Shown piece by piece: positions 49,952 through 59,094 of a stretch of DNA of 64,000 nucleotides. The translations under genes and the position numbers were made by a program. Position 1 is the stretch's first letter; each line of letters begins with the position of its first letter. Under the pieces are notes generated by a model. That model had not been told where the DNA came from and ran no database searches. It worked only from the letters and a program-made list of their open reading frames with translations. The stretch comes from Acidobacteriota bacterium (GTDB lineage Bacteria; Acidobacteriota; Thermoanaerobaculia; Gp7-AA8), in contig JACPDH010000038.1 of the NCBI GenBank assembly GCA_016184115.1, positions 14,053 to 78,052 of the forward strand, read 5' to 3'.

Positions 49952-51391
49952 TCACTTCCAGTGCTTCTGCACGAATGCCTCGACCTCGGGTAATCCGCCC
50001 TGCAGGATCAGGTAGCCGTTGTGCGGCTCGCGTGGGGTGATCTCGTGATTGATCGGCGTCGTCATCATCTCCCGGATCCTCTTCGGGTCGTCGGTCTGGC
50101 CTAACACCCAGCCGAGCTTCACGTAGGCGGTCTCCGGGAGCATGTTGTCCATCGGGATGATACCGAGGTCGAGGAGGTCGCGCCCGGTGTCGTAGACGTA
50201 CATCTGCGCAAAGCCCCAGAGCGTCTGCACCGTCATCACGACGGTCATGCCCTTGTCGATCGCGCGGCGGATCGCCGGATAGAGCGGCTTGTTGACGTGG
50301 CCGAGTCCCGTTCCCGCGATGACCATTCCGCGGTAGCCCATCGCCGAGAGACCGTCGATGATGTCGGGGTTGAAGTTTGGGTAGTAGTACTGGATCGTGA
50401 CCTTCTGTTCGAAGACGGGCGTGATCACCGGCTTGCGCGTCTTGTCGCGTCGGACGATGTCGTCGGTGAGGTAGGTGAAATGGCTGCCGTCGCCATTCGG
50501 ATAGCGGCTCACCGTCGCGAGCGGCGTCGCTCCGATCGTCCGGAACGTGCTCCGATAGCTCGAGTGCATCTTCCTGCAGCGGGTGCCTCGGTGCAGTAGA
50601 TCGTAGTTGTCCGACGTCGGGCCGAACATGCAGATCATCACCTCGGCGATGTCGCATTCAGCGGCGGAGCGCACTGCGTTCATCAGGTTGAGGGCAGCAT
50701 CGGACGACGGGCGATCGCTCGAGCGCTGGCTTCCGACGATCACGATCGGTACCGGGCTGTTCTGGACCATGAAACTCAGAATCGCCGCCGTGTGCGCCAT
50801 GGTGTCGGTGCCATGCCCGACGACGATGCCGTCTGCGCCGCGCTCGATCTCTTCGCCGATCGCGATCGCGAGCGCCTTGTACTGCTCGGGCGCCATGTTT
50901 TCGCTGAAGACGCCGAAGAGCTTCTTCGTCGTGAGGTTCGCGATGTCCGCGAGCTCCGGTACGGCGCCATAGAGCTCGCCCGGCGTGAAGGCGGGGATGA
51001 CGGCGCCGGTCCGGTAGTCGAGCCGGCTTGCAATGGTTCCGCCGGTGCCTAACAGCGTGACGTTCTTCTTCTTCGGGTCGAACGGGAAATCCTTCTCGGG
51101 GATCTTATAGACGGCCTTTCGATAGCCGAGCTCGCGCGCCGAGGCGATGCGGTCGGCGCGGATCCCGACGTTGTAGCCGTTGAACAGCTTGACGACGATG
51201 TGGAGGTCGTCCGCGTTCTCGCTGCGCGGAAGGATCACGCCGACGAAGGAGGAGCCGCGGTCGTTGAGGATCTCGACCTCGCTCCAGACGCCGATGGCGA
51301 ATGTCTCGAAGGCGGCTTTGGCCATTCCGCGGTAACCCTGGAACCGGTCGGCGCGCTCGGCGAGGGGGAGGGTGGGCGATTGAGTGGTCAT
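49952..51391 (-). CDS. gatD: Glu-tRNA(Gln) amidotransferase subunit D (archaeal type, asparaginase-like)
   Basis: HIVVKLFNGYNVGI and GTGGTIASRLDYRTGAVIPAFT closely resemble archaeal GatD (HIVLKLENGYNIGV, STGGTIAS..DYRTGAV.PAFT). The asparaginase core is conserved (HGTDTM). Confidence 0.8.
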   Translation of the reverse strand: MTTQSPTLPLAERADRFQGYRGMAKAAFETFAIGVWSEVEILNDRGSSFVGVILPRSENADDLHIVVKLFNGYNVGIRADRIASARELGYRKAVYKIPEKDFPFDPKKKNVTLLGTGGTIASRLDYRTGAVIPAFTPGELYGAVPELADIANLTTKKLFGVFSENMAPEQYKALAIAIGEEIERGADGIVVGHGTDTMAHTAAILSFMVQNSPVPIVIVGSQRSSDRPSSDAALNLMNAVRSAAECDIAEVMICMFGPTSDNYDLLHRGTRCRKMHSSYRSTFRTIGATPLATVSRYPNGDGSHFTYLTDDIVRRDKTRKPVITPVFEQKVTIQYYYPNFNPDIIDGLSAMGYRGMVIAGTGLGHVNKPLYPAIRRAIDKGMTVVMTVQTLWGFAQMYVYDTGRDLLDLGIIPMDNMLPETAYVKLGWVLGQTDDPKRIREMMTTPINHEITPREPHNGYLILQGGLPEVEAFVQKHWK

Positions 51392-51503
51392 CGGGCGACC
51401 TCGCGGGACGAAATGAGAAATGAGATTTGAGAATTGAGAGCGGGTGGCCGAGAGAGGTCCACGGCTGAGTCGAGTTCACCGCTCTGGCGGCACGGCTTGG
51501 TGA

Positions 51504-53417
51504 TCATCGCCGCGCCCCCAACCGCTCCCGTAACGCCTCAGCGATTTCTTTTGCCGGCGCACGCCCTTTCAGCACGTCCATTGCCTTGCCTGCGAGGAAT
51601 CGGAGCTTCTTGTCGGGCGTGTCGCCCTTCTCCGTGAGGTAGCCGTCCATCGAAAGCGTGTCGAGGTCCGGGAGCCACTCGCCGCGCGCGACCACGTTGA
51701 TTCCCTCCGAGGCTGCGGCGACTTTCGCGGTGAGGCCGTCCTTCGCCATGCGCGTCGCGATCACGGGAACCGACTCGCGTCCGACCCGGCCGCTCGCGAG
51801 CAATCCGAACACATCGACCCATTCCGCCGCGCCTAACCGTTCGACCGGAATCCCTGCCCGCTTCAGCGCCTTTGCCCGCTGACCGATCTCGATCGCCGCG
51901 ACGAGTCCGTCGACGCCGGTCTTTTCGACGACCGCATCGACGCACTCCGCGCCTCCCTTGCGGATGAGGTACCTGCAAGTCTCCTCAGGCACGCGCCACT
52001 TCATGTAGCGCTCGATTCGAACCCACGGCGCGGGTCGGAGCCGCGCCCTGATCTCCGCGACGCGCTGCTCGGTGATTCGGGTTGGCGGCGAGTCGGTGTC
52101 GGGGTACATCCGGTCGGGGCCGGGGAGGATCCGTTCGAACGTCGTGAAGCCTCCCGTGAGTGCCTGGCGCGTCTCTTTGGGAACTCCTTCCGTTGCGTCG
52201 GCGAACCGCAACCGGATTTCATTTGCCGCCGTCCTGCAATCACCTTCGGGGCCGAAGACGATGAAGTAGTCGTCGTTGTCGCCTGGCTTCACCCGTTTGC
52301 GTAACCGTTCGATGACGCGGTGCTTGTCGGGGAACTGAGGGAGCGCGGCACTCGAGAGAACGATCGGCGCCTCGTCGAGGCAGGCGATGACCCGAATGCG
52401 CCCCGAGAGCTCGTCGAGGAAGGTCGTCTCGGGTTGTGTCGGGTACAGTGCGAGGCCGCCGAGGCCTAACGCCTTCACGGCAAAGACGCGGCCGCCCGCT
52501 TCGAGTGCGCGGTGGATGAAGCCGAGGTCGACGCCGGCGAAGATGTCGGAGACGTCGATTGGTTCGACGCGAATCGACTCGGGCGTCGTGAAGCCTCGGC
52601 GATGCAGCTCGTCGCGGAGCTGCAGCAGGCGGTGCTGGCGAATTCCCTCGTTGTGAACGAGCGGCACGGCGTAGCCGGCGCGGGGAACGCCCTTGATCTC
52701 GCAGCGGTTCCCGCCGCGAACCGATACGTTCACGTCCTGACGGCTGGCGCCGATGCCGGTGCGGACTCGTCCCGTGGAGCGTGCGACCATGCCGCAGAGA
52801 AGGATCGCGTCGCGAACTTCCTCCGGCGTGCGAAGCTCGGGGCCGGTGACGGTTTCGGTCAGTGGCATGCCTAACCGGTCGGTACGCCAGACGATCTGGT
52901 GGCCTCGATCCTTTACTTCGCGGCAAGAATCTTCCTCGACGCTGAGATGGGTGATCGTGAGGTTGCGCCCGTGGAAGGGGAGGACGCCGTTGACGCCGAC
53001 GATTGCCGTGCGCTGGAATCCGGTCGGGATCGAGCCGTCGAGGTATTGCTTACGCGCGATGTGCACCTCGTCGATGATGTCCATCTGCATCATCAGGCAG
53101 AGCTCGATCGAGACGTCGATCGCCTCCTGATTCACGAGGAACGGCGGCGTATCGTCCATCTCGTACGTGCAGACGTTCATGTGATTGAGGAGATAGACGA
53201 TCTCCTTCTTCGTCTTGAACTCCATGAGAGCCGTGCCGTCGTACTCGCCGAGCTCGGAGAGCGTCGGACGCATGTGGCGCAGGACTTCGCCGTCGTGCGT
53301 CTCGGTGTAGAGACCGGCAGGGCAGCGACAAAAGAGTTTGTGTTTCGTCAGGAGCTGCTGGTGCACTTCGAGGCCCGAGATGAGGCCCACAGCTTCATAG
53401 TCGAGTGGTTCGAGCAT
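51504..53417 (-). CDS. gatE: Glu-tRNA(Gln) amidotransferase subunit E (archaeal type, GatB-like with insertion domain and YqeY-like tail)
   Basis: GLEVHQQLLTKHKLFCRCP GatB/E cradle motif. 637 aa, too long for GatB. C-terminal FLAGKAMDVLKGRAPAKEIAEALRERL resembles the GatB_Yqey motif. Adjacent to gatD. Confidence 0.8.
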   Translation of the reverse strand: MLEPLDYEAVGLISGLEVHQQLLTKHKLFCRCPAGLYTETHDGEVLRHMRPTLSELGEYDGTALMEFKTKKEIVYLLNHMNVCTYEMDDTPPFLVNQEAIDVSIELCLMMQMDIIDEVHIARKQYLDGSIPTGFQRTAIVGVNGVLPFHGRNLTITHLSVEEDSCREVKDRGHQIVWRTDRLGMPLTETVTGPELRTPEEVRDAILLCGMVARSTGRVRTGIGASRQDVNVSVRGGNRCEIKGVPRAGYAVPLVHNEGIRQHRLLQLRDELHRRGFTTPESIRVEPIDVSDIFAGVDLGFIHRALEAGGRVFAVKALGLGGLALYPTQPETTFLDELSGRIRVIACLDEAPIVLSSAALPQFPDKHRVIERLRKRVKPGDNDDYFIVFGPEGDCRTAANEIRLRFADATEGVPKETRQALTGGFTTFERILPGPDRMYPDTDSPPTRITEQRVAEIRARLRPAPWVRIERYMKWRVPEETCRYLIRKGGAECVDAVVEKTGVDGLVAAIEIGQRAKALKRAGIPVERLGAAEWVDVFGLLASGRVGRESVPVIATRMAKDGLTAKVAAASEGINVVARGEWLPDLDTLSMDGYLTEKGDTPDKKLRFLAGKAMDVLKGRAPAKEIAEALRERLGARR

Positions 53418-53429
53418 CGGGGGTCCTTT

Positions 53430-54614
53430 TCAGTTCTCGATTCGATCACACACCGCCCTTGCGATCTCGAGAGAAGCGGTTGCCGCTGGGGAGGGGGCGT
53501 TACAAACGTGGAGTGAGCCTGCGCCGCGGACGATCAGAAAGTCGTCGACGATTGTGCCGTCGGGCGTGATGACCTGTGCGCGAATTCCGGGCTTCGCGGG
53601 AACGAGGTCGCCGTCCGTGATCGATGGCAGGAAGGCGCGAACCGATCGCGTAAAACGTGCTTTGCTGAACGAGCGCGCCATCTCTGCGGCGCCATCGCGC
53701 CAGAATCTTGCAGCGATCTTCCAAAAGCCGCGGTAGCCGACGATTCCGGCAAGGTCGCGGACGTTTACATCGAGCTTGCCGTAGCCTTCGCGCGCGAAGG
53801 CGAGGACGGCGTTAGGTCCCGCGTGTACGCTGCCGTCCACCGCTTTGGTGAGGTGGACTCCGAGGAACGGGAACCGCGGATCGGGGACGGGATAGACGAG
53901 GCCGCGTACGAGGTGGCGCTTCTCGGGAACGAGCTCGTAGTACTCGCCTCGGAAGGGGACGACGCGCGCGCCCGGATCGGCGCCGTCGAGCCGCGTGACG
54001 CGGTCGCTGTGCAGGCCGGCGCAGCCGATGAGGAACTTCGTCTCGAACGTACCGGCGCTCGTTCTCAGTCTCTTCGTTGCACCCGCGTCGTCGATTCCGA
54101 TGAGTTTCGTGCCGAGACGCAGATCGCCCCCGCGCTCGCGCGCGACCGTAGCGAGACGTTCACAAACCGCGATGTAGTCGGCGATACCGGTCGAGGGGAC
54201 GAAGAGCGCCGCGACGCAGCGAACGTTCGGCTCGACTTCCATTGCCTCGATCGGCGTCATACGGATGACTTCGATTCCGTTCGCGCGGCCGCGCTCGGCG
54301 AGGGCGTCGAGTCGCGCGATCTCGTCCTCGGTTGACGCGACGATGAGCTTGCCGCAGATCTCGTGCGCGATGCCGTGCTCGCGGCAGAAGGCGGCCATCG
54401 AGAGGTTGCCGTCGCGCCCGAGCCTTGCCTTGAGGCTTCCTGGCTTGTAGTAGATGCCCGAGTGGATGACGCCGCTATTGCGTCCGCTTTGGTGTGCGGC
54501 CCACGTTTGTTCCTTTTCGAGGAGAAGCAGCCGCAGAGACGGTTGGCGAAGGAGCAGCTCGGCCGCGGTCGCGAGACCGACGATTCCTCCGCCGACGATC
54601 GCGAAGTCGTGCAT
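53430..54614 (-). CDS. lhgO: L-2-hydroxyglutarate oxidase/dehydrogenase (FAD-dependent)
   Basis: ATG 54614 with AAGG upstream. MHDFAIVGGGIVGLATAAEL FAD fold. The LhgO/YgaF-like length (~394 aa) supports the shorter start over 54743. Confidence 0.8.
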   Translation of the reverse strand: MHDFAIVGGGIVGLATAAELLLRQPSLRLLLLEKEQTWAAHQSGRNSGVIHSGIYYKPGSLKARLGRDGNLSMAAFCREHGIAHEICGKLIVASTEDEIARLDALAERGRANGIEVIRMTPIEAMEVEPNVRCVAALFVPSTGIADYIAVCERLATVARERGGDLRLGTKLIGIDDAGATKRLRTSAGTFETKFLIGCAGLHSDRVTRLDGADPGARVVPFRGEYYELVPEKRHLVRGLVYPVPDPRFPFLGVHLTKAVDGSVHAGPNAVLAFAREGYGKLDVNVRDLAGIVGYRGFWKIAARFWRDGAAEMARSFSKARFTRSVRAFLPSITDGDLVPAKPGIRAQVITPDGTIVDDFLIVRGAGSLHVCNAPSPAATASLEIARAVCDRIEN

Positions 54615-54675
54615 GCCGGCCTTGATTATCTCGTGTGCGCGGGACCGCGGCGCGAGAGGTTTATCATAGGCCGCT

Positions 54676-56457
54676 GTGACGGCTGAGACGGGGACTGGTC
54701 GAGAGCGAGCTCCCGCGGTGCGGATCGGTGTCGGCGAGGCCATCGGGCTCGCGATCGTTGCGGCAATCGCGGCCTTCGCGCTTTGGCAGTCGTGGGGGAA
54801 GTGGCTGCATCCGCTGATCGACGCCGGGCGCGACTTGTACGTCCCTGAGCAGATGCTCGCGGGGAGGAAACTCTATCGCGACATCCTCTACTTCTATCCG
54901 CCCCTCGCTCCGTACCTGCTCGCCGGCATCACTGGAATCGTCGGAAGCAGCCTAGGAGTCTACGCCTTCATCGGAGTCGCAATAGGCGGAGTGGCGTGCA
55001 GCGCACTCTACGGAATCGCCAGGGATGTCTCCGGGCGCGTTGCGGCATGGATCGTGGCGCTCTTGTTCGTGTCACTGAGCTTGACCGGCGCGACGACATA
55101 CGGTGCCAACGTCATCTTCCCGTACGCTCACGCCGCGGTGCTCGGGATGATGTTCTTCCTCCTCTTCGAAGGAGCGATCCTTCGGATCTTCGTGACCGGA
55201 CCGACGCGGCTCTCTGTCGTGGTCGCGGTCGTCGCGGGGCTTCTCGCTGCCTGGTGCAAGATCGAGTTTGCCGCATGGGTACTCGTCACCGCGACGATGG
55301 CGTGCGCGCTTGCGGTCGTCACGAAGCGGGCAGCTCGTCGCGACATCGCGCTGGCTGCGGCAACGTTTGTCGCATGCGCCGCATGCAGTGTCGCCGCCGT
55401 CTGGCTCGTCTTCGCCGACTCAGGTCCCGGGCATCACTGGCTCTTTGATAACACGCTCCCGAACGCGCTGCTCGAGGGTGGCGTCGCGCGGGCGTTTTAT
55501 TCGAAGGTGACTGGCAGCGACCAATGGGCGAGCAACCTAACGCTCGCTCTCGCGGGGCTCGTGCTCGTAGCGATTCACCTCTGGCTCGTGCGGATGCTCG
55601 ATCCGGCGCGCACGGGGGCGAGGCGAGGCCTTGCGTCGCTTGGGCTTCTCGCTCTGCTTGCCCTGGTTGTCTACATACTCGCGACCGACCTCTTCTTCCG
55701 GGCGTGGACGGTCGTGCAGCTGCTCCTGATTCCGCTCGCACTTCGCGACGTCGATCGCGTTGCGCGGTCCGCGGACGATCCGGCGCGATGGGCGCGTCTG
55801 ACGATGCCGCTGCTGCTTTGGTTCTCGGCGTGCGGAACGTCGAGGATCTACTTGAACCTCGCGCCGGTCTGGTATGGCTTTTCCCTGATACTGCCGGTGC
55901 TGCTGCTGATCGTGCATGTCCTCTTCCGCGAGCTGCCGGCGCGGGACTTCCACTCGCGTCGTGCGTCGCTGCTCTGGCTGCCTCTGCTCCTGGTCATCTG
56001 CGGGAGGAACCTCGCCGAGCAGCGCGCCGCGTACGCCGACAAGCGCCATGCGATCGTCACGCCCCGCGGGACGTTTTACGACGTCGCAGCCGATCGGGCG
56101 CGCGTCCTCAACGAGTTCATTGCGTATGCGACGGCGAACCGGCTCGAGGGAATGGTGATCATCCCCGAGGGGCTCGCGATGAACTACGTCACCTCGATCC
56201 CGAACCCGATGAGCTGGCACACATTCACGCCGGCGGAGATTCCGACGCGCGAGATTGATCGGCGCGCCGTCGCGGAGTTCGATCGCGTGAAACCTCGGTA
56301 CGTCGTCGTGACGACGCAGGAGGCCGCCGCTTTCGGGTTCCGAGGCTTCGGTGTCGACTACGGGCTGGAGCTCGACCGCTACCTGAGGGCGAACTACGTG
56401 CTCGAGAGAAAGTGGACGAGCGCGACGTTCTCGATGTATCTGTTGAAGCGCCGATAG
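54676..56457 (+). CDS. GT-C-fold membrane glycosyltransferase (ArnT/PMT-like, GT39/83-type)
   Basis: N-terminal DAGRDLYVPEQMLAGRKLYRDILYFYPPLAPYLLA resembles the ArnT DExRYaE...KPPL motif region. 12 or more TM segments. C-terminal soluble domain. Confidence 0.55.
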   Translation: MTAETGTGRERAPAVRIGVGEAIGLAIVAAIAAFALWQSWGKWLHPLIDAGRDLYVPEQMLAGRKLYRDILYFYPPLAPYLLAGITGIVGSSLGVYAFIGVAIGGVACSALYGIARDVSGRVAAWIVALLFVSLSLTGATTYGANVIFPYAHAAVLGMMFFLLFEGAILRIFVTGPTRLSVVVAVVAGLLAAWCKIEFAAWVLVTATMACALAVVTKRAARRDIALAAATFVACAACSVAAVWLVFADSGPGHHWLFDNTLPNALLEGGVARAFYSKVTGSDQWASNLTLALAGLVLVAIHLWLVRMLDPARTGARRGLASLGLLALLALVVYILATDLFFRAWTVVQLLLIPLALRDVDRVARSADDPARWARLTMPLLLWFSACGTSRIYLNLAPVWYGFSLILPVLLLIVHVLFRELPARDFHSRRASLLWLPLLLVICGRNLAEQRAAYADKRHAIVTPRGTFYDVAADRARVLNEFIAYATANRLEGMVIIPEGLAMNYVTSIPNPMSWHTFTPAEIPTREIDRRAVAEFDRVKPRYVVVTTQEAAAFGFRGFGVDYGLELDRYLRANYVLERKWTSATFSMYLLKRR

Positions 56458-56996
56458 GCGTGGCGAGCACAGTGTTCCGTCCGTGAATTCGGCGCAGTAT
56501 CGCTGGTGGCGCTTGCGGTGCGAGATCAAGGAGCGAGGAGGAGGCGATGCGGTGACATCGTCGACGACGAGCGACGCGGAGATCGCGCCGCAACCGCCAC
56601 CAGCCCGAAGGGTTGCGGCCCCGACGGGTCGCTCGCTTTGTCGCGCCTCCCCGGGCGATGTCCCTGCATCGCCTGCGTCGGTGCTTCGCGCGATCGGCCC
56701 GTCGGAACCGCAACGATATTGCGCCCAATCCACGGACGGAACACTAGGGGCTGGCGGCAACGTGAAACGCGGGGAGTGGTGAGGTCATCGCAGCGTTGGC
56801 AGGTTTGGCTCGCGTCCAGAGCGCGGGCACAGGGTCAGGTCATCGACGCAGGCCCGTTGGGGACTGCGATCCGACCGCTCTGCAAAGTTCGTCCCTGGAG
56901 GCGCCACGACTCGAGGCCCCCTTCGAGCGGGCGGACGCGATCGATCCCGATTCGCTTGAGCTGCAGCGCCACACGGGCGCTGGAAGCCTCGTTCGG

Positions 56997-57803
56997 TCAT
57001 GTGCAGTAGAGAATGATCTCGCGATCGCGTGGGATCTCGCCGACGCGCCTCTCGAGATGTTCGACGGGGAGGTGGATTGCTCCCGGGATCATGTTGGGAT
57101 CGGCCTCGAAGTCCATCGCGTGTCGCAGATCGATGATCGAGAACTGCTCGCCGGCGTCGAGCCGCGAGGCGAGCTCCCCGACGCTGATGCGTGCGGTGCG
57201 GTGATCTAGAAGGAATTTGCGCCGCTCGTACCACTTCCGCCCGATCCATGCGACGAGGGCCATGCCTAACAACACGCCGAGCCAGACTCCCCAGTTCGAT
57301 GCGTACGAGACGACGACCTCGATCTGGTTTCCGAACAGGTAGCCGAGGGCGAGATAGAGGCCGAAATGAAGGAGCGCGGAGACGGCATCGAGCGTGAAGA
57401 AGACGTACCGTGGCATCTTCACCACACCGGCCATAGGCGGCGCGACGGTATTCAAGCCGGGCATGAATTTCGACACCACGAGTGCCCCGGTACCCCAGCG
57501 CGCGAAGACGTTCTCGGTCTGCCTCACGCAGGAATCGGGCTCGAGCGAAATCTTGCAGAGAAGTCGAAGAACCGAGCCTCCCTTGCGACGTCCGATCTCG
57601 TACCAGATGCCATCGGCGACGATCGATGCGCCAATTGAAACGGCGAGCGCCGCGGCGAAGTCGAGCCGTCCCAGCCTTGCGAGAGCACCTCCCGCCAATA
57701 GGATCGGCATCGACGGAATGGGGAGCCCGATCTGCTCGACGAAGACGAGGAGCGCGATCAGGGCGATGCCATGTGCGGCGACGAACTCGATAGTCTCGTT
57801 CAC
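56997..57803 (-). CDS. DedA-family membrane protein fused to a C-terminal rhodanese domain, interrupted by an in-frame TGA inside the rhodanese catalytic loop (possible selenoprotein or pseudogene)
   Basis: GTG 57803 (VNETIEFVAAHGIALIALLVFVEQIGLPIP...). DedA core. Then rhodanese ISVGELASRLDAGEQFSIIDLRHAMDFEADPNMIPGAIHLP...EIILYCT-TGA. The same frame continues PNEASSARVALQLKRIGIDRVRPLEGGLESWR (rhodanese C-terminal consensus) to a stop at 56835. Confidence 0.55.
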   Translation of the reverse strand: MNETIEFVAAHGIALIALLVFVEQIGLPIPSMPILLAGGALARLGRLDFAAALAVSIGASIVADGIWYEIGRRKGGSVLRLLCKISLEPDSCVRQTENVFARWGTGALVVSKFMPGLNTVAPPMAGVVKMPRYVFFTLDAVSALLHFGLYLALGYLFGNQIEVVVSYASNWGVWLGVLLGMALVAWIGRKWYERRKFLLDHRTARISVGELASRLDAGEQFSIIDLRHAMDFEADPNMIPGAIHLPVEHLERRVGEIPRDREIILYCT

Positions 57804-57871
57804 GATGGATGTCGCACCTTGGGGCGCGACCGAGTATCGCAAGTGGTTGGGGGCGGGAGCAAGGGGTACGA

Positions 57872-58060
57872 GGAACGCGGAATGCGAAATGCGGAAGGCG
57901 GAATGATGAGTGCGGAACGCGAAACGCGAAACGCGGAATGCGGAATGCGAAATGCGGAATGCGAAATGCGAAATGCGGAAGGCGGAATGATGAGTGCGAA
58001 ACGCGAAACGCGGAACGTGAAATGCGGAAGGCGGAGCGCGAAACGCGGAGGGCGGAATGG
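57872..58060 (+). repeat. heptanucleotide tandem array (GAANGCG)n, ~27 units (gaatgcg/aaatgcg/aaacgcg/gaaggcg variants)
   Basis: Read directly. A strict 7-nt period over ~190 bp immediately upstream (5-prime) of the DedA-rhodanese gene. Confidence 0.95.
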
Positions 58061-58265
58061 AAAGCAAGAGGGAACGCGCGCAGCGAGGCGTGTGTCATTC
58101 CGAGCGAAGCAAGGTCTCTGCTCGAGAACGGATCTCCAACTCCTCAACAGGAAATCACGCCAGGTCGCAGAATGGGTTGCTGTGGATGCCTTCAGATGAC
58201 TGCGGGCAGATTCCTCGCTTCGCCTTGAATGACCTCTGGCGGATTCTAGGATTCGTCCTTTTTCA

Positions 58266-58346
58266 CTCCGCGTTTCGAATTTAGCGTTTCACGTTCCGCG
58301 TTCTGCGTTCCGCGTTTCGAATTCCGCATTCCGCGTTTCGCGTTCA
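58266..58346 (-). repeat. inverted copy of the (GAANGCG)n heptamer array (~11 units, reads CGCNTTC on plus strand), abutting the stop codon of the ABC ATPase gene
   Basis: The reverse complement of 58266..58346 gives gaacgcg aaacgcg gaatgcg gaattcg ... units. Together with 57872..58060 it forms an inverted pair around a ~200-bp core. Confidence 0.9.
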
Positions 58347-59084
58347 TTACTGCCGCTCATCCCGAGTGATGCGTCCGTCGTGAATCTCGACGATGCGGCT
58401 CGCGCGCGTCGCGAGAGCCTGGTCGTGTGTGATGATCACGAGCGTGCGCCCTTGATTCCAGAGGTCGTTGAAGAGGGTCATGATGTCGCCGCCTGACGAG
58501 GAGTCGAGGTTCCCGGTCGGTTCGTCGGCGAGGAGGATGGCGGGCTCCATCGCGAGCGCACGGGCGATCGCGACTCGCTGCATCTGGCCGCCCGAGAGCT
58601 CGGTCGGCTTGTGCTCGGTTCGATCGCCGAGTCCTACGGCCTCGAGGAGCGTTCTGGCGCGCTCGCGGCGTTCGCGCACGGGGAGGCCTCCGAAGAGCAT
58701 CGGCATCTCGACGTTCTCGCTCGCGCTGATGTGCGGCAGCAGGTTGAAGTTCTGAAAGATGAATCCGACGCGACGGTTGCGGATGTCGGCGAGTTGGTCT
58801 CGCGTCAGGTCCGACACGTGCTCGCCTGCGAGCTCATAGCGTCCGTCGGTCGGCGTGTCGAGACAACCGATGAGGTTCATGAGCGTCGACTTGCCCGACC
58901 CCGATGGGCCGACGATGGCGACGAACTCGCCGTTCCCGATCGCAAGGTCGATTCCCTTGAGCGCTTCGACCTTGACCTTCCCGGTGTCGTAGACCTTCCG
59001 GATCGCATCCATGTGGATGATTGACGAGCCGTTGCTCGCAGCCGGAACGCCGTTCGTTTTCGTTTTCGTGAGTCCGAGGGACAT
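58347..59084 (-). CDS. ABC transporter ATP-binding protein (MacB/LolD/FtsE family)
   Basis: ATG 59084 with AGGAGA 6 nt upstream. Walker [10 protein letters not shown], signature [15 protein letters not shown], Walker B ILLADEPT. Confidence 0.9.
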   Translation of the reverse strand: MSLGLTKTKTNGVPAASNGSSIIHMDAIRKVYDTGKVKVEALKGIDLAIGNGEFVAIVGPSGSGKSTLMNLIGCLDTPTDGRYELAGEHVSDLTRDQLADIRNRRVGFIFQNFNLLPHISASENVEMPMLFGGLPVRERRERARTLLEAVGLGDRTEHKPTELSGGQMQRVAIARALAMEPAILLADEPTGNLDSSSGGDIMTLFNDLWNQGRTLVIITHDQALATRASRIVEIHDGRITRDERQ

Positions 59085-59094
59085 CGCGAATCTC

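Noticed and set aside
49911-50657. 248-aa minus-strand ORF overlapping gatD in another frame, and 52240..52926 within gatE
   Set aside because: They are overprinted on strongly supported genes, with His/Arg/Asp-rich junk composition.
55537-56760. 407-aa minus-strand ORF antisense to the GT-C-like gene; also 59249..60472 (-) in an alternative frame of the FtsX gene
   Set aside because: These are shadow ORFs. The FtsX and GT-C reading frames have TM topology and family motifs.
56785-58098. Long minus-strand ORFs (437 aa and N-terminal part of 356 aa) with FRISHSAFR / FAFRTHHSAFR heptad repeats
   Set aside because: The periodicity is a direct translation artefact of the 7-nt DNA tandem arrays. 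There is no start context and the composition is repeat-driven. Only the DedA-rhodanese portion downstream of GTG 57803 looks genuine.
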